From the NCBI GenBank assembly GCA_965262915.1, contig OZ253564.1, positions 2,144,001-2,208,000 on the forward strand: a stretch of DNA of 64,000 nucleotides. The letters are read 5' to 3'. Origin of the DNA: Candidatus Spongiisociaceae bacterium. Its GTDB lineage: Bacteria; Actinomycetota; Acidimicrobiia; Spongiisociales; Spongiisociaceae. Every line of letters begins with the position of its first letter. The stretch's first letter is position 1. Positions 8,738 to 18,036 of this stretch are shown here, one piece after another. The notes under the pieces were generated by a model. That model made no database searches and had not been told where the DNA came from. It saw only the letters and a list, made by a program, of their open reading frames with translations. The position numbers and the translations under genes are program-made.

Positions 8738-10039
8738 TCAGTGGGGAGTGACGGTGGCCAATAGGTCCCAGTTGGGTTTCCCCGCGTAGAGGAGTGCCCG
8801 TATTCGGTAGTTCGCGAAGTTGCGGAACCCGAACGCGATGCGTTTGATCCTCTTGATGAGGTTGTTGAGGGCTTCGGTGGGTCCGTTGGTTACCTTCGAG
8901 ATGTGCCAGTTGGTGATCTGGGGGGTCCAGCGGGCGATGGTACGTCCGAGCTTGTTGATCTCGGGTGGGCAGGATTCGTCCTGGAGGTCGTCTGCGAGCT
9001 GGAGGGTGTATTGGAGAGCGAGGGCGGGACTGTCGACCCCGTAGATGCCTCTCACGGTTTCCTTCGCGTGCCAGGCTGTGCGCACTTCGCCGTGGGGGTC
9101 ACCAGCGTCGAGGAGTCCGCGCAGGCGGGTTTGGCCGCGGTCGCTGATCTTGTCGTGGGCGGCGGTGAGGAGCCGCCGTATCCCATAGAGTGGGTCTCCT
9201 TTCCGGCCTCTGTGTCCGAGGGTTTCGTTTTGGACTCTTCTGCGTACTTCGTCGAGACGCTGGTTGGCGAGGCGGCTGACGTGGAACGGGTCTGCTACTT
9301 GGAGGGCGTGGGGCAGCACCCTGTCATACGCCTTCCGATACGAACCGGACATGACCCGACACCGCCCAGCGGATACCCCCAAGCCAATCCGCCGGTTGTG
9401 ACCGGAACCAGGCTGCGGCGCTTTCTGCCGTTCTACCAGGGACTATGTCGATCAGCTGGTGGCCCCCAACGTCGACGACAGAGGTGCACCAGACTTTGGT
9501 GCGCCACCGGCCTTTCCGCCAGAACAACGCTTCTTGTCGATGCCCACAGCTCCGACCTCGCCTATCCGATCGGTGTCGGCTTCCAACAGGGCTTCGCCCC
9601 AGCGGACGACCTCGTTGTTCACCGTATGCCAATCACAACCCAACTCCGCGGCGACCTCGTCGATCGGACGGCCCCGCCCACCCACCTGGACGGTCACCCA
9701 CCGCGCCGCTCGGGATGTCAACAACGCCCGTTCGGGACCAATCGTGGGGTCTTGCTCGATGAACGACCTGATCCCACAGTCCGGATTCGGACACGTCCAG
9801 CGCCGTTTCCTCCACCGCAGCCGCACAGGCCGACCGAACGCCGGTAAATCCACCAACACCACACTCCGATAGCCCTTCGACCACACCGACCCGCCACATG
9901 CCACACACAACGGGCGGGCCTTGCGGGACCCGATCACCACCTCAAGAGGTGCACCCTCGCCCGGGTCGTTGATCCCCACCAGATCAACCTCGCCTAGGCC
10001 TACCAACTTCTCGCACATGCGCGTAGGATCAGCTTCCAC
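8738..10039 (-). pseudogene. ISL3 transposase with frameshifts near 9535 and 9360
   Basis: Zn finger C..CG / RRWTCPNPDC, GID, DMSGSY, VADPFHV, TNGPTEALNN.IKRIKR.AFGFRNF.NYRIR spread over three frames. Confidence 0.9.
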
Positions 10040-10590
10040 AGGGGTCCTCCTGCCTCGGATGTCATTACCAACACCCGATTATGGAGGACCCCCCATCACT
10101 TCTGGTGGATTACCACTCCCCCTGGCAGATCCCCTACTCCCCACTCATTTCCGAAGAGCCCGTTATATTCGAGTTGTGCCTGAACGTCAAGCAGTGGGCC
10201 GAAGCAGATGGCAACGTTTTCGTTGAAGAGGAAGAGAGCCGCTTTGTGATCACCGTTCAGGATCATGGAGTGGGTATTCCCGCGACTATGAGAAGGGCTT
10301 TCTCGGGGTTGAGCAACGAGGAAGCCGTCGCTCGCGCCTTGGCAGCAGGCGGTACCTCGTCGGGGCAACAGTGGCGCGGATTCGGGTTGGCGGACGCGAC
10401 AGATATGTCGAACAGGGAAGGTTTCAGCGTCTACCTGGAAACCTAAGATGTGGCGATCTGGTCCGTCGATGGCTCCCTGACCTTCAGCTACAAGAGCGAG
10501 GGTGCTATCGCGGGAACACGGATCCAGATCATCTATTCCGTCCTTTAGTAGGCCTTCGCCGGGTCGTGAATACCGCCTATCTCTTCTCGA

Positions 10591-10849
10591 TCAGCCGGCC
10601 GACAAGTACCTGTGGATAACGCTGGACAACAGTGTCTGATAGGGTATCCCTTCATCCATCGCCCGGGAGTGGGCAAGATTGAAGTCGCGCCCGGTTCCTC
10701 GCAGATTCACTCGCTTGGTCTTGTTGAACGTATTGCGAGCTGCCTGACAGGCTATCTCGACTTCGTGTTCAGGGTCAGGTCCAGAGCGCAACGCCGCGTT
10801 CGAATCGGTCGAGAATGTCGCGCTCCTCCGCGCTCATTTCGTCGTTCAC
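10591..10849 (-). pseudogene. BrnA/CopG-like RHH antitoxin, frameshifted, orphan
   Basis: N-term MSAEERDILDRFERG in one frame; K.KRVNLR...AMDEGIPYQTLLSSVIHRY in another. Confidence 0.7.
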
Positions 10850-10921
10850 GATGGTTTCGGAAACACGATATGGCGGACGTCGGCTAAGAGTCCAACGTCA
10901 TTCGAACAGCCGACAGAGCTT

Positions 10922-12010
10922 TCAGCGCCAGTCGAGTAGGACGCCGATCATGTCACGGTCCCCGGCATCGAGGTCGGCGAACGCGACATCTATCTCATCG
11001 GATGGATAGGTGTTGGTGTGCATGGCTTCGAGATGGAGCCTTCCCCTCAGGTAGAGCTCGAATAGGTACCTTACGTTCTCGATAGCCGTGAACCGGGTGA
11101 GCCGTCGGGCCGGGTCTTGATAGGGGGCGTTGCTGGTTCCGAGTATGGAGGCTTGTTTGTTGTAGAAGTCTGCTGCCAGCAGCGGCCCGACATCTTCGGG
11201 GTGCAGGGCGATGGCCACCATTCTTCCCTGATCGTCGAGGATACGCATGCCCAAGTCGAGTGGTGCCGACCCCACCGCTGCTTCGATCACTACGTCGATC
11301 CCGAACGGTTGGAACCGGTTCATCAGAGCAGCCTCGAATCCGCTCTCCATAGGGTTCAGGATCAGCGCTCTGGGGAGTGCCGTGGCAGCCCTTTGGCGCC
11401 GGACCGGGTTGATTTCCAGACAAGCAAGGTTGGCCCCGATCGCGTCGGCCACGAGCGCAGCCCCGAACCCGATCAGGCCGAGTCCGATAACCGCCACGTT
11501 GAGACCCGGAGTGAAGCCACCCCGGCGAAGGGCGTGCAGTCCCAAGGTGGGCAGGTAGCCGAATGTGGCGGCTTCGGTAGGAACGCCGTCCGGGACCTTG
11601 ATCGCCTGCCATTCCCGTGTATCGAGGATCGGCTGATGTCTGGCCTGAGCGAAGGCGCGGTCACCTTCGACCAAAGAGCGAACCCCCGCACCGACCTCAA
11701 CCACCTCCCCGATCAGGTTGTAGCCGGAGTTGACCGGGAACTTGGCGCCCGAGGGTTCGTTCCGGCTCGTTACCCGGTAGCTGGGTATGACGCCCATACC
11801 TTCGGTGATAGGGACGTCGATGTCGGCGAAGCAGTCCCATACCTCCTTCACCATGGGATCGCCGCGGTAGAGGCGGAGTTCGGTTCCAGGGCTGATGAGG
11901 CTGACAAGGGTCCTGAGGCGGACCCTTCCCGGTTCAACGGTGTCAGGGATAGTCACATGTGCCCAGTCGAACTTGCCGGGAGCCACGATGAGTGGTCGGT
12001 CCACGTCCAT
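10922..12010 (-). CDS. MDR (zinc-binding type) dehydrogenase
   Basis: LISPGTEL, GY..IGEVVEVG, VIGLGLIG. Confidence 0.85.
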   Translation of the reverse strand: MDVDRPLIVAPGKFDWAHVTIPDTVEPGRVRLRTLVSLISPGTELRLYRGDPMVKEVWDCFADIDVPITEGMGVIPSYRVTSRNEPSGAKFPVNSGYNLIGEVVEVGAGVRSLVEGDRAFAQARHQPILDTREWQAIKVPDGVPTEAATFGYLPTLGLHALRRGGFTPGLNVAVIGLGLIGFGAALVADAIGANLACLEINPVRRQRAATALPRALILNPMESGFEAALMNRFQPFGIDVVIEAAVGSAPLDLGMRILDDQGRMVAIALHPEDVGPLLAADFYNKQASILGTSNAPYQDPARRLTRFTAIENVRYLFELYLRGRLHLEAMHTNTYPSDEIDVAFADLDAGDRDMIGVLLDWR

Positions 12011-12030
12011 GTTCTACCCCTTCTCCTCGT

Positions 12031-13044
12031 CTAGGCCGGATTCGGGTCTTCGGGGAAGTAGCAATGCACCGAGTGGCCTTCCACCGGGATGTCGGCGGGG
12101 GGGAACTCACTCGCGCAGACCTCCTCGGTCTTCCAGCAACGGGTCCGGAATGGGCATCCGCTCGGAGGGTTCCGGGGGTTGGGGAGGGTCCCTTCGAGGA
12201 TGATCCGCTCGCTGCTGGTGGTGATCATGGGGCTGGCCGATAGCAGGGCTCGCGTGTAGGGGTGGAGCCGGTGGTCCCTGACTTCGGCGACGGGCCCTTC
12301 CTCGACTTTGTGTCCGAGGTACATGACGGCAACGCGGTCCACGAGCCAGGAGACCGCCTGGATGTTGTGGCTGATGAGGATGACGGAGAGGTTGAGCGCG
12401 TCGCGGAGTTCTGCCACAAGATTGAGGATCTGGTTCTGGACGCTGACGTCGAGGGCCGAGGTGGGTTCGTCGGCTACCAGGAGCGAAGGGTTAAGGGAGA
12501 GGGCTCGGGCGATGGCCACTCGCTGGCGTTGACCTCCGGACAGCTCTTCAGGGCGTTTGTCGGCTGCGTCGCGGGGGAGGTGGACCATGTCCAATAGTTC
12601 TTGGACCCTGGCGTCTCTGGCGGCGCGGTCGCCGATGCCGTGGATTATAAGGGGGTCGGCCAGGGTGTCGCGTACCTTCAGACGGGGGTTGAGGCTGGAG
12701 GTAGGGTCTTGGAAGACGATGGCGACTTGGCGGGCGAAGGTCCGGCGGCGCCACTTGGCTGACTGCTTCCAGATGTCGGTTCCGTCGAAGATGATCTGCC
12801 CTGCGGTAGGGCGGATCAGCCCCACCACGCAGCGGGCCACCGTGGACTTGCCGCAGCCCGATTCGCCTACGAGGCCGAGGGCTTCTCCGGGGGCTACGGT
12901 CAGCGAGAGGTCCTCCACCGCGTGGACTTTCTGTCTTCTTGGAGCGCGGTAGTGATGGGTGAGGTTCTCCAAACGGAGCAGATCTTCCCCACTTGAGCCC
13001 CGACCGACCCCGGCGGTCGTCGCTGCAGCCAACTGGGAGGTCAT
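12031..13044 (-). CDS. Peptide ABC transporter ATP-binding protein (DppF/OppF-like)
   Basis: GESGCGKS, LSGGQRQR, HPYT, GCPFRTRC. Confidence 0.95.
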   Translation of the reverse strand: MTSQLAAATTAGVGRGSSGEDLLRLENLTHHYRAPRRQKVHAVEDLSLTVAPGEALGLVGESGCGKSTVARCVVGLIRPTAGQIIFDGTDIWKQSAKWRRRTFARQVAIVFQDPTSSLNPRLKVRDTLADPLIIHGIGDRAARDARVQELLDMVHLPRDAADKRPEELSGGQRQRVAIARALSLNPSLLVADEPTSALDVSVQNQILNLVAELRDALNLSVILISHNIQAVSWLVDRVAVMYLGHKVEEGPVAEVRDHRLHPYTRALLSASPMITTSSERIILEGTLPNPRNPPSGCPFRTRCWKTEEVCASEFPPADIPVEGHSVHCYFPEDPNPA

Positions 13045-14030
13045 CGTGCCGCTCCGGCCATGGCTTGGCCTACGGGGAAGTAGCAGGCTAGATCGTGGCG
13101 GTCACCGACTTCCTCGAGAAGGGGCGGGATGTCCGCACATGGTTGTCCGGCGTTTTCGCACCTCTCGACGAAGCGGCATCCGGGTGAGAACTCCAGTGGG
13201 CTGGGGACCACACCATCGATGGAGCGGGCGGGTCGTTCTCTTGCTTCGAGGCTGACGATCGAAGCCAACAATCCTGCGGCGTATGGATGCCGCGGGTTGT
13301 GGACGAGTTCTTCGGTGTGTGCTGCTTCCACCAACTGCCCCGCGTACATGACCATGGTGCGTTCGCACAGTTCCTTCACCAGTGCGAGGTTGTGGGTGAT
13401 GAGGATGGTGGTGAAGGACAGTTCGGCCTGCAGTGACCGTAACAGTTCGACGATCTGCGCCTGCACCGTTTCATCCAAGGCGGTGGTGGGCTCGTCGCCG
13501 ATCAGGATCGAGGGGCGGCGAGCCAGCGCCATGGCGATCAGAACCCGCTGGCGTTGCCCTCCGGATAACTGGAAAGGGTAGGCGGCGGCGATAGCCTCGG
13601 GGTTGGGGAGATGGACCAGCTCGAGCAGTTCGTACATGCGCCCAGCCTTGCGATCACCGTCGAGGCGCAGCGCCTGGCGCAACTGGGCCTTGACCGTCAT
13701 CCCGGGGTTGAGGCTCATCAACGGGTCTTGGTAGACCATGCCGATCTCCCGACCCATCAGCTTGCGGCGCTCGGTCGTGGACAACTCAAGTACATCTTGG
13801 CCCTTCCAGCGGATGGACCCTGTCGCTTCGACCAGGCGCGGCAAGAGGCCGATGACGGCCAACCCGGTCAGCGTCTTGCCACACCCCGACTCGCCCACGA
13901 TTCCCAGGTTCTCGCCCTCGATCACCGAGAACGACACGCCCGACACCACCGGAGTATTCCCGTAGGCGTGCCGGATATGGATGCTGAGGTCCTCCACCTC
14001 CAGGATCGGCATACCGGGCGATGAGGTCAT
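13041..14030 (-). CDS. Peptide ABC transporter ATP-binding protein (DppD/OppD-like)
   Basis: GESGCGKT, LSGGQRQR, DEPTTALD, GCRF..RC. Confidence 0.95.
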   Translation of the reverse strand: MTSSPGMPILEVEDLSIHIRHAYGNTPVVSGVSFSVIEGENLGIVGESGCGKTLTGLAVIGLLPRLVEATGSIRWKGQDVLELSTTERRKLMGREIGMVYQDPLMSLNPGMTVKAQLRQALRLDGDRKAGRMYELLELVHLPNPEAIAAAYPFQLSGGQRQRVLIAMALARRPSILIGDEPTTALDETVQAQIVELLRSLQAELSFTTILITHNLALVKELCERTMVMYAGQLVEAAHTEELVHNPRHPYAAGLLASIVSLEARERPARSIDGVVPSPLEFSPGCRFVERCENAGQPCADIPPLLEEVGDRHDLACYFPVGQAMAGAAR

Positions 14031-14977
14031 GACTGGCCCAACAAGTGGCGCCTACCACCGAGACGGTCCGCCATGCTCTCCGCCACCGTATTGAGCGCCA
14101 GTACGGTGAGGAAGATCGCGATACCGGGGAACGTCGTATACCACCAGGTGCCGGCGTACACGAACTGGGCGCCGTCGCGGATCAGGTTCCCCCAAGTGGG
14201 AGTGGGCGGTGGGAGCCCGGCCCCGAGGAAACTGATGGACGCCTCCAGTATCACCGCGTCCGCCGCTACCAGCGTGAAGAACACCAGCAGCGGAGTGGCG
14301 ATGTTAAGGGAAATATGGCGCAGCAGGATACGGAGCTGGGAGCTACCCATTGCCTTCAGGGCGGAGACGTAGTCCTCGGCCATCTGGTCGAGGACCGCGG
14401 CGCGGATGTAACGGGCCATGATGGGCGTGTACACGACGGTGAGGACCAGCAGCAGGGTCCACAAAGACTGGCCGAAGGCCGAGGCAACCACGACAGCCAG
14501 CACTACCGCCGGAAACGCGAACTGGATGTCCATGAGACGCATCAGTACGTCGTTGATCCATCTGCGCCCCCGATTCGGGGCGGTGGAGGCTGCCACCATT
14601 CCGATCGTTCCTCCCAGGATCAGGGCGCAGAGCGGTGTCACCACCGCTACCAGCGCCGACATCCTCGATCCATGAATCACCCGGGATAGGATGTCGCGAG
14701 CTACCTCATCGGAGCCCATGATGTGCTCCGGCCAGTCGGGACCCGTGTTCGGCAGGGTCAGCGCCACCTTATAGGGATCGTAAGGTGACAGCCAGTGGGC
14801 GAAGATGGCCACCAGTATGACGAACACGACCCAGCCCAACCCTAACTTGGCCCGGAATGGAAGCGTTCCGAGCTTCACCGGACCGGCGGGAGTGGCCTTC
14901 ATGGCGGTTTCCACGGATTTCGGGCCGAACCTCATCCATGACCGGTGATCGGTGCGGCGGTCGCGGCCTTCGCTCAT
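14027..14977 (-). CDS. Peptide ABC transporter permease (DppC-like)
   Basis: H.MG.D..RDILSR, EDYV EAA loop, SFLG.G..PP.P.WG. Confidence 0.95.
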   Translation of the reverse strand: MSEGRDRRTDHRSWMRFGPKSVETAMKATPAGPVKLGTLPFRAKLGLGWVVFVILVAIFAHWLSPYDPYKVALTLPNTGPDWPEHIMGSDEVARDILSRVIHGSRMSALVAVVTPLCALILGGTIGMVAASTAPNRGRRWINDVLMRLMDIQFAFPAVVLAVVVASAFGQSLWTLLLVLTVVYTPIMARYIRAAVLDQMAEDYVSALKAMGSSQLRILLRHISLNIATPLLVFFTLVAADAVILEASISFLGAGLPPPTPTWGNLIRDGAQFVYAGTWWYTTFPGIAIFLTVLALNTVAESMADRLGGRRHLLGQS

Positions 14978-14980
14978 GCG

Positions 14981-15961
14981 TTACGAGCTTTCACGGGCAC
15001 TCGGCTTGAAGATGATGAACGCTACGTCGGCGGCCAGGTTGGCGAGGATGAACATCACGGCGGCGATCAGGGCGATTCCGGTGACTATGTTGAAGTCGCC
15101 CGTGGTGGCGGAATTCATCATCTGCCACCCCAGGCCGGGGATGTTGAAGACCCTCTCGACCAGCACCGCACCTCCCAATAGGTAACCGGCCTGCAATCCC
15201 AACACTGTCAGGGGGGCCACCAGCGCGTTGCGGAGCACGTTCTTGCGGACGATCACCCGATCCCGGAGCCCGATTCCACGGGCGGTGCGCACGTAGTCCT
15301 TCTCCAACTCGTCCAGTACCGACGAACGCACCACCCGGGTCAGGAAACCCCCGACAGGGAGAGCTATCGACAGTGTGGGGAGGATGAGGGACTTCAACCA
15401 TGCGACTGGATCTTCGGAGAAGGGAACCCACCCGCCCGCGGGCAGCAGCGGACTCTCAAGGCCCAAGATCGAAGTCAAGTTGAGGGCAAAGATCTGGATA
15501 AGCAGCAGCGCCAGCCAGAACACCGGCATGGAGAGGCCCCCGAACGTGACCGCCCTGACGACCGCATCCCACCAGCTCCCCGCGAAATAGGCGGAGGTCA
15601 CCCCCAGAACGAAGGCTATAAGGGTACCCAGGATCACCGAACTCGCCGCTAGCGTCAGAGTGATACCTACGTGCTGTTGCAGGATATCCAACACCGGCCG
15701 GCTGCCGTAGATGCTCACACCGAAGTCGCCGCCGGCGAGGTCGCGCAAGTACCGCCCGTAACGGATAGGTATCGGATCGTTGAGTCCGAACTCCTCGGCG
15801 AGTTGCTCGCGGGCCTCGTCGCTGGCATACAGTCCCAGACCCGCGTAGCGGGCGTCAATGGGAGAGACCTCCAGCATTACGAACACGTAGAACGTGACGC
15901 CGATCAAGACCGGCAGGGCCTGAATGAGACGCTGCAGGACGACCCTGCCTACTGCTCCCAT
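14981..15961 (-). CDS. Peptide ABC transporter permease (DppB-like)
   Basis: GL.DP...RY..YL..L..GDFG.S, DYVRTAR..GL, LRNAL, VE.VF.IPGLG. Confidence 0.95.
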   Translation of the reverse strand: MGAVGRVVLQRLIQALPVLIGVTFYVFVMLEVSPIDARYAGLGLYASDEAREQLAEEFGLNDPIPIRYGRYLRDLAGGDFGVSIYGSRPVLDILQQHVGITLTLAASSVILGTLIAFVLGVTSAYFAGSWWDAVVRAVTFGGLSMPVFWLALLLIQIFALNLTSILGLESPLLPAGGWVPFSEDPVAWLKSLILPTLSIALPVGGFLTRVVRSSVLDELEKDYVRTARGIGLRDRVIVRKNVLRNALVAPLTVLGLQAGYLLGGAVLVERVFNIPGLGWQMMNSATTGDFNIVTGIALIAAVMFILANLAADVAFIIFKPSARESS

Positions 15962-16032
15962 CAGACCCTACCGGTCTCAAGCAATATCAATGCGATATCA
16001 GCTCTGTTTCTGTTTCGTATGCCAGAGGCAGA

Positions 16033-17766
16033 TTACTTCCCGGAGGGATGGACGCCGAAGAGCGTCATGCCCAGCGTCTGGGGCATCTGGTAGCCGGCTA
16101 CCGACTTGTTCCATGCATGGGCGATGGGCTGGAACAGGATCGGAACCGCACCCGCCTCCGTGACCAGGACCTCGTTGGCCTGCGCGTACAACTCGTTCTG
16201 CTTGTCGAAGTCCGGCTCCTCGAGCGCCGCGTTGAGGAACTCGTCGAGCTTCGACGGAACGCCGGGCGTGGCGAAGCTGGCGTTATCCGCCCAGCCGCTC
16301 CACCAACCACGGAAGAGACCGTCCGGGTCGTAGCTGAACACTTCGAAGCCGATCGTCGCCACCCACGCGTCGTACCGGGCGGGGCCGCCGTCTTCCGGCT
16401 TCATGATGTCGGACACCCAACGGGCGTCGATCGAGTCCACGAGCAGAAGCGGGTCGAAACCGCCCATCTGCAGCGTCTGGGCAAGCAAGGGCGCCTGGGG
16501 ATAGACATAGGCCCACTCCACCACGCCGAGCTGGAACTGCACGGGCGCATTGTCCGGGTCGTGTCCGGCTTCCCTCAGCAGCGCCTTCGACTTCTCGGGG
16601 TCGAAGTTGTACTGCATCTGGGGCTCGATGTACCTGGGGTCCTCGGGGGGCAGGGGCGAGCGGGCGATCCGACCCTCCCCTTGCAGCCCGATCGAGATCA
16701 ACTGCGGTGTATCGATCGAATACATCACCGCTTGGCGCACCAACTGGTTGTCGAACGGCGGCTTGGTGGTGTTGAACATGATCATTTCGAGGAAAGAGGT
16801 CTCCCGAGCGATGCCCAACTCCAGGTTCGGCGAGTCTTGGATGGCTCGATACAGCTGGGGCGACACACCATCGAGGATCTGGGTCTGGCCCGCCTCGGTC
16901 TGGGCGATCCGCGACGCCAGTTCCGGAATTGCCACATAGGTGATGTCCTTGGCCGCCAGAGGTTGGGGACCCGTGTAGCCGTCGTAACGCTTGAACACGT
17001 TGAGTTCGGTGTCGAACGGAGCCGCAACCATCATCGATCCGGACGAAGGAGTCGGCGCGAACGAGTAGTCCATACCGCCCACGGACTCCACAACCGCCTC
17101 GGGAAACGCCTTGATGGCGGAAATGCGCTGGAACAGGATGTCCGCGGGCACCTTCTGTGCCAGATTGATCTGCAACTCGTCATCCGCCACTATGTCGATC
17201 GACTCAATGAAGGTGATGTACTGGGTGAAAGGAGACCCGAGCTCTCGCTCCGGCTTCAGGCGGTCGTAGCCGTAGACGATGTCCGCGGCGGTGATGGGCG
17301 TACCGTCGGTGAACGTCCGGTCGGTACGTATCTTCACGCTGTAGGTGAGATCGTCCACCTGCTGGGGCATCTCGGCCGCCAGCCCCGGAATCAGCGAGCG
17401 ATCGGGCAGCTTGATGAGCAGACCTTCGAACGTGTGCTGCCCGGTGCTCAGGGCGCCACCGGTGGTCCTGTTGCTGTCGAGCGAGATCCACCCCGCGACC
17501 TGAGCGAGCGTGATGCTCTCGAAGTCCGCCGGAGCCTCGTCCATCATGGCGGTGGTGGTGGTCTCTTCCATGGCCGCGGTGGTTTCTGGGGCTGCCTCCG
17601 CCGGTGCTGCGGTGGTCTCGGGGGCCGCGGCGGCCGGCGCCGCAGTTGTGGTGGCGGGCTCGTCGTCATCACCACAAGCGGCCAGCACGGTCGGCGCAAC
17701 TGCGCCTACCCCGATAATGAGTCCACTTCGCTTGAGGAACTTTCTGCGGTCCATCGGCTCGGTCAC
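16033..17766 (-). CDS. ABC substrate-binding protein family 5 (Tat lipoprotein)
   Basis: DRRKFLK twin-Arg, LAAC lipobox, A/T/E-rich linker, F.DG.P.TA.D, PFD...VRQA. Confidence 0.93.
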   Translation of the reverse strand: MTEPMDRRKFLKRSGLIIGVGAVAPTVLAACGDDDEPATTTAAPAAAAPETTAAPAEAAPETTAAMEETTTTAMMDEAPADFESITLAQVAGWISLDSNRTTGGALSTGQHTFEGLLIKLPDRSLIPGLAAEMPQQVDDLTYSVKIRTDRTFTDGTPITAADIVYGYDRLKPERELGSPFTQYITFIESIDIVADDELQINLAQKVPADILFQRISAIKAFPEAVVESVGGMDYSFAPTPSSGSMMVAAPFDTELNVFKRYDGYTGPQPLAAKDITYVAIPELASRIAQTEAGQTQILDGVSPQLYRAIQDSPNLELGIARETSFLEMIMFNTTKPPFDNQLVRQAVMYSIDTPQLISIGLQGEGRIARSPLPPEDPRYIEPQMQYNFDPEKSKALLREAGHDPDNAPVQFQLGVVEWAYVYPQAPLLAQTLQMGGFDPLLLVDSIDARWVSDIMKPEDGGPARYDAWVATIGFEVFSYDPDGLFRGWWSGWADNASFATPGVPSKLDEFLNAALEEPDFDKQNELYAQANEVLVTEAGAVPILFQPIAHAWNKSVAGYQMPQTLGMTLFGVHPSGK

Positions 17767-18036
17767 GGCCTACTCCTCCTCCTGAGTGCGCACATACACA
17801 AATGGCCGCACGCACCAAGCGGGCGACCTAACCCGGACATCTTACGCACCGAGGATGAACCGGGCAAGCCGACCCGCCGCCTGGCCCGCCATCCGGTAGC
17901 CGATGGGGCAGGAGGGAACTGGCAAGATCGTCAGCCGACGATGCTCCGGCGGCGCAGCGGCGTCTGAGGATCCTGTCGCTGTGTGCGGCTCCGACTCGGG
18001 CTGTATTGTCTGGCCGAGAGTAAAGGAGGGTGACTG

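Larger units (their letters stand above)
7245..10160 (-). mobile_element. ISL3 family insertion sequence containing a nested IS110
   Basis: 8-bp TSD CGTTATAT at 7237-7244 and 10161-10168; terminal IRs GGCTCTTCGGAAATGAGTGGGGAGT (rc of 10136-10160) and reconstructed GGCTCATCGATTTCAGTGGGGAGT. Confidence 0.9.
7133..10548 (+). pseudogene. HATPase_c/GHKL ATP-binding protein split by ISL3 (coding parts 7133-7244 and 10169-10548), plus internal TAA at 10444
   Basis: Removing the IS and one TSD rejoins ...LETVI|FELCLNVKQWA (N-box)...VQDHGVGIP (G1)...GFGL (G2)...GTRIQI in frame. Confidence 0.8.

Noticed and set aside
16048-17967. 639-aa + strand ORF, and similar long antisense ORFs (22267-24183, 26519-28306, 48857-51232, 60701-62434)
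   Set aside because: Shadow ORFs opposite well-supported genes; expected from high-GC codon bias; no motifs.
17770-18036. Possible riboswitch in the ABC/CocE divergent region
   Set aside because: GC-rich hairpins are possible, but I recognise no conserved aptamer.
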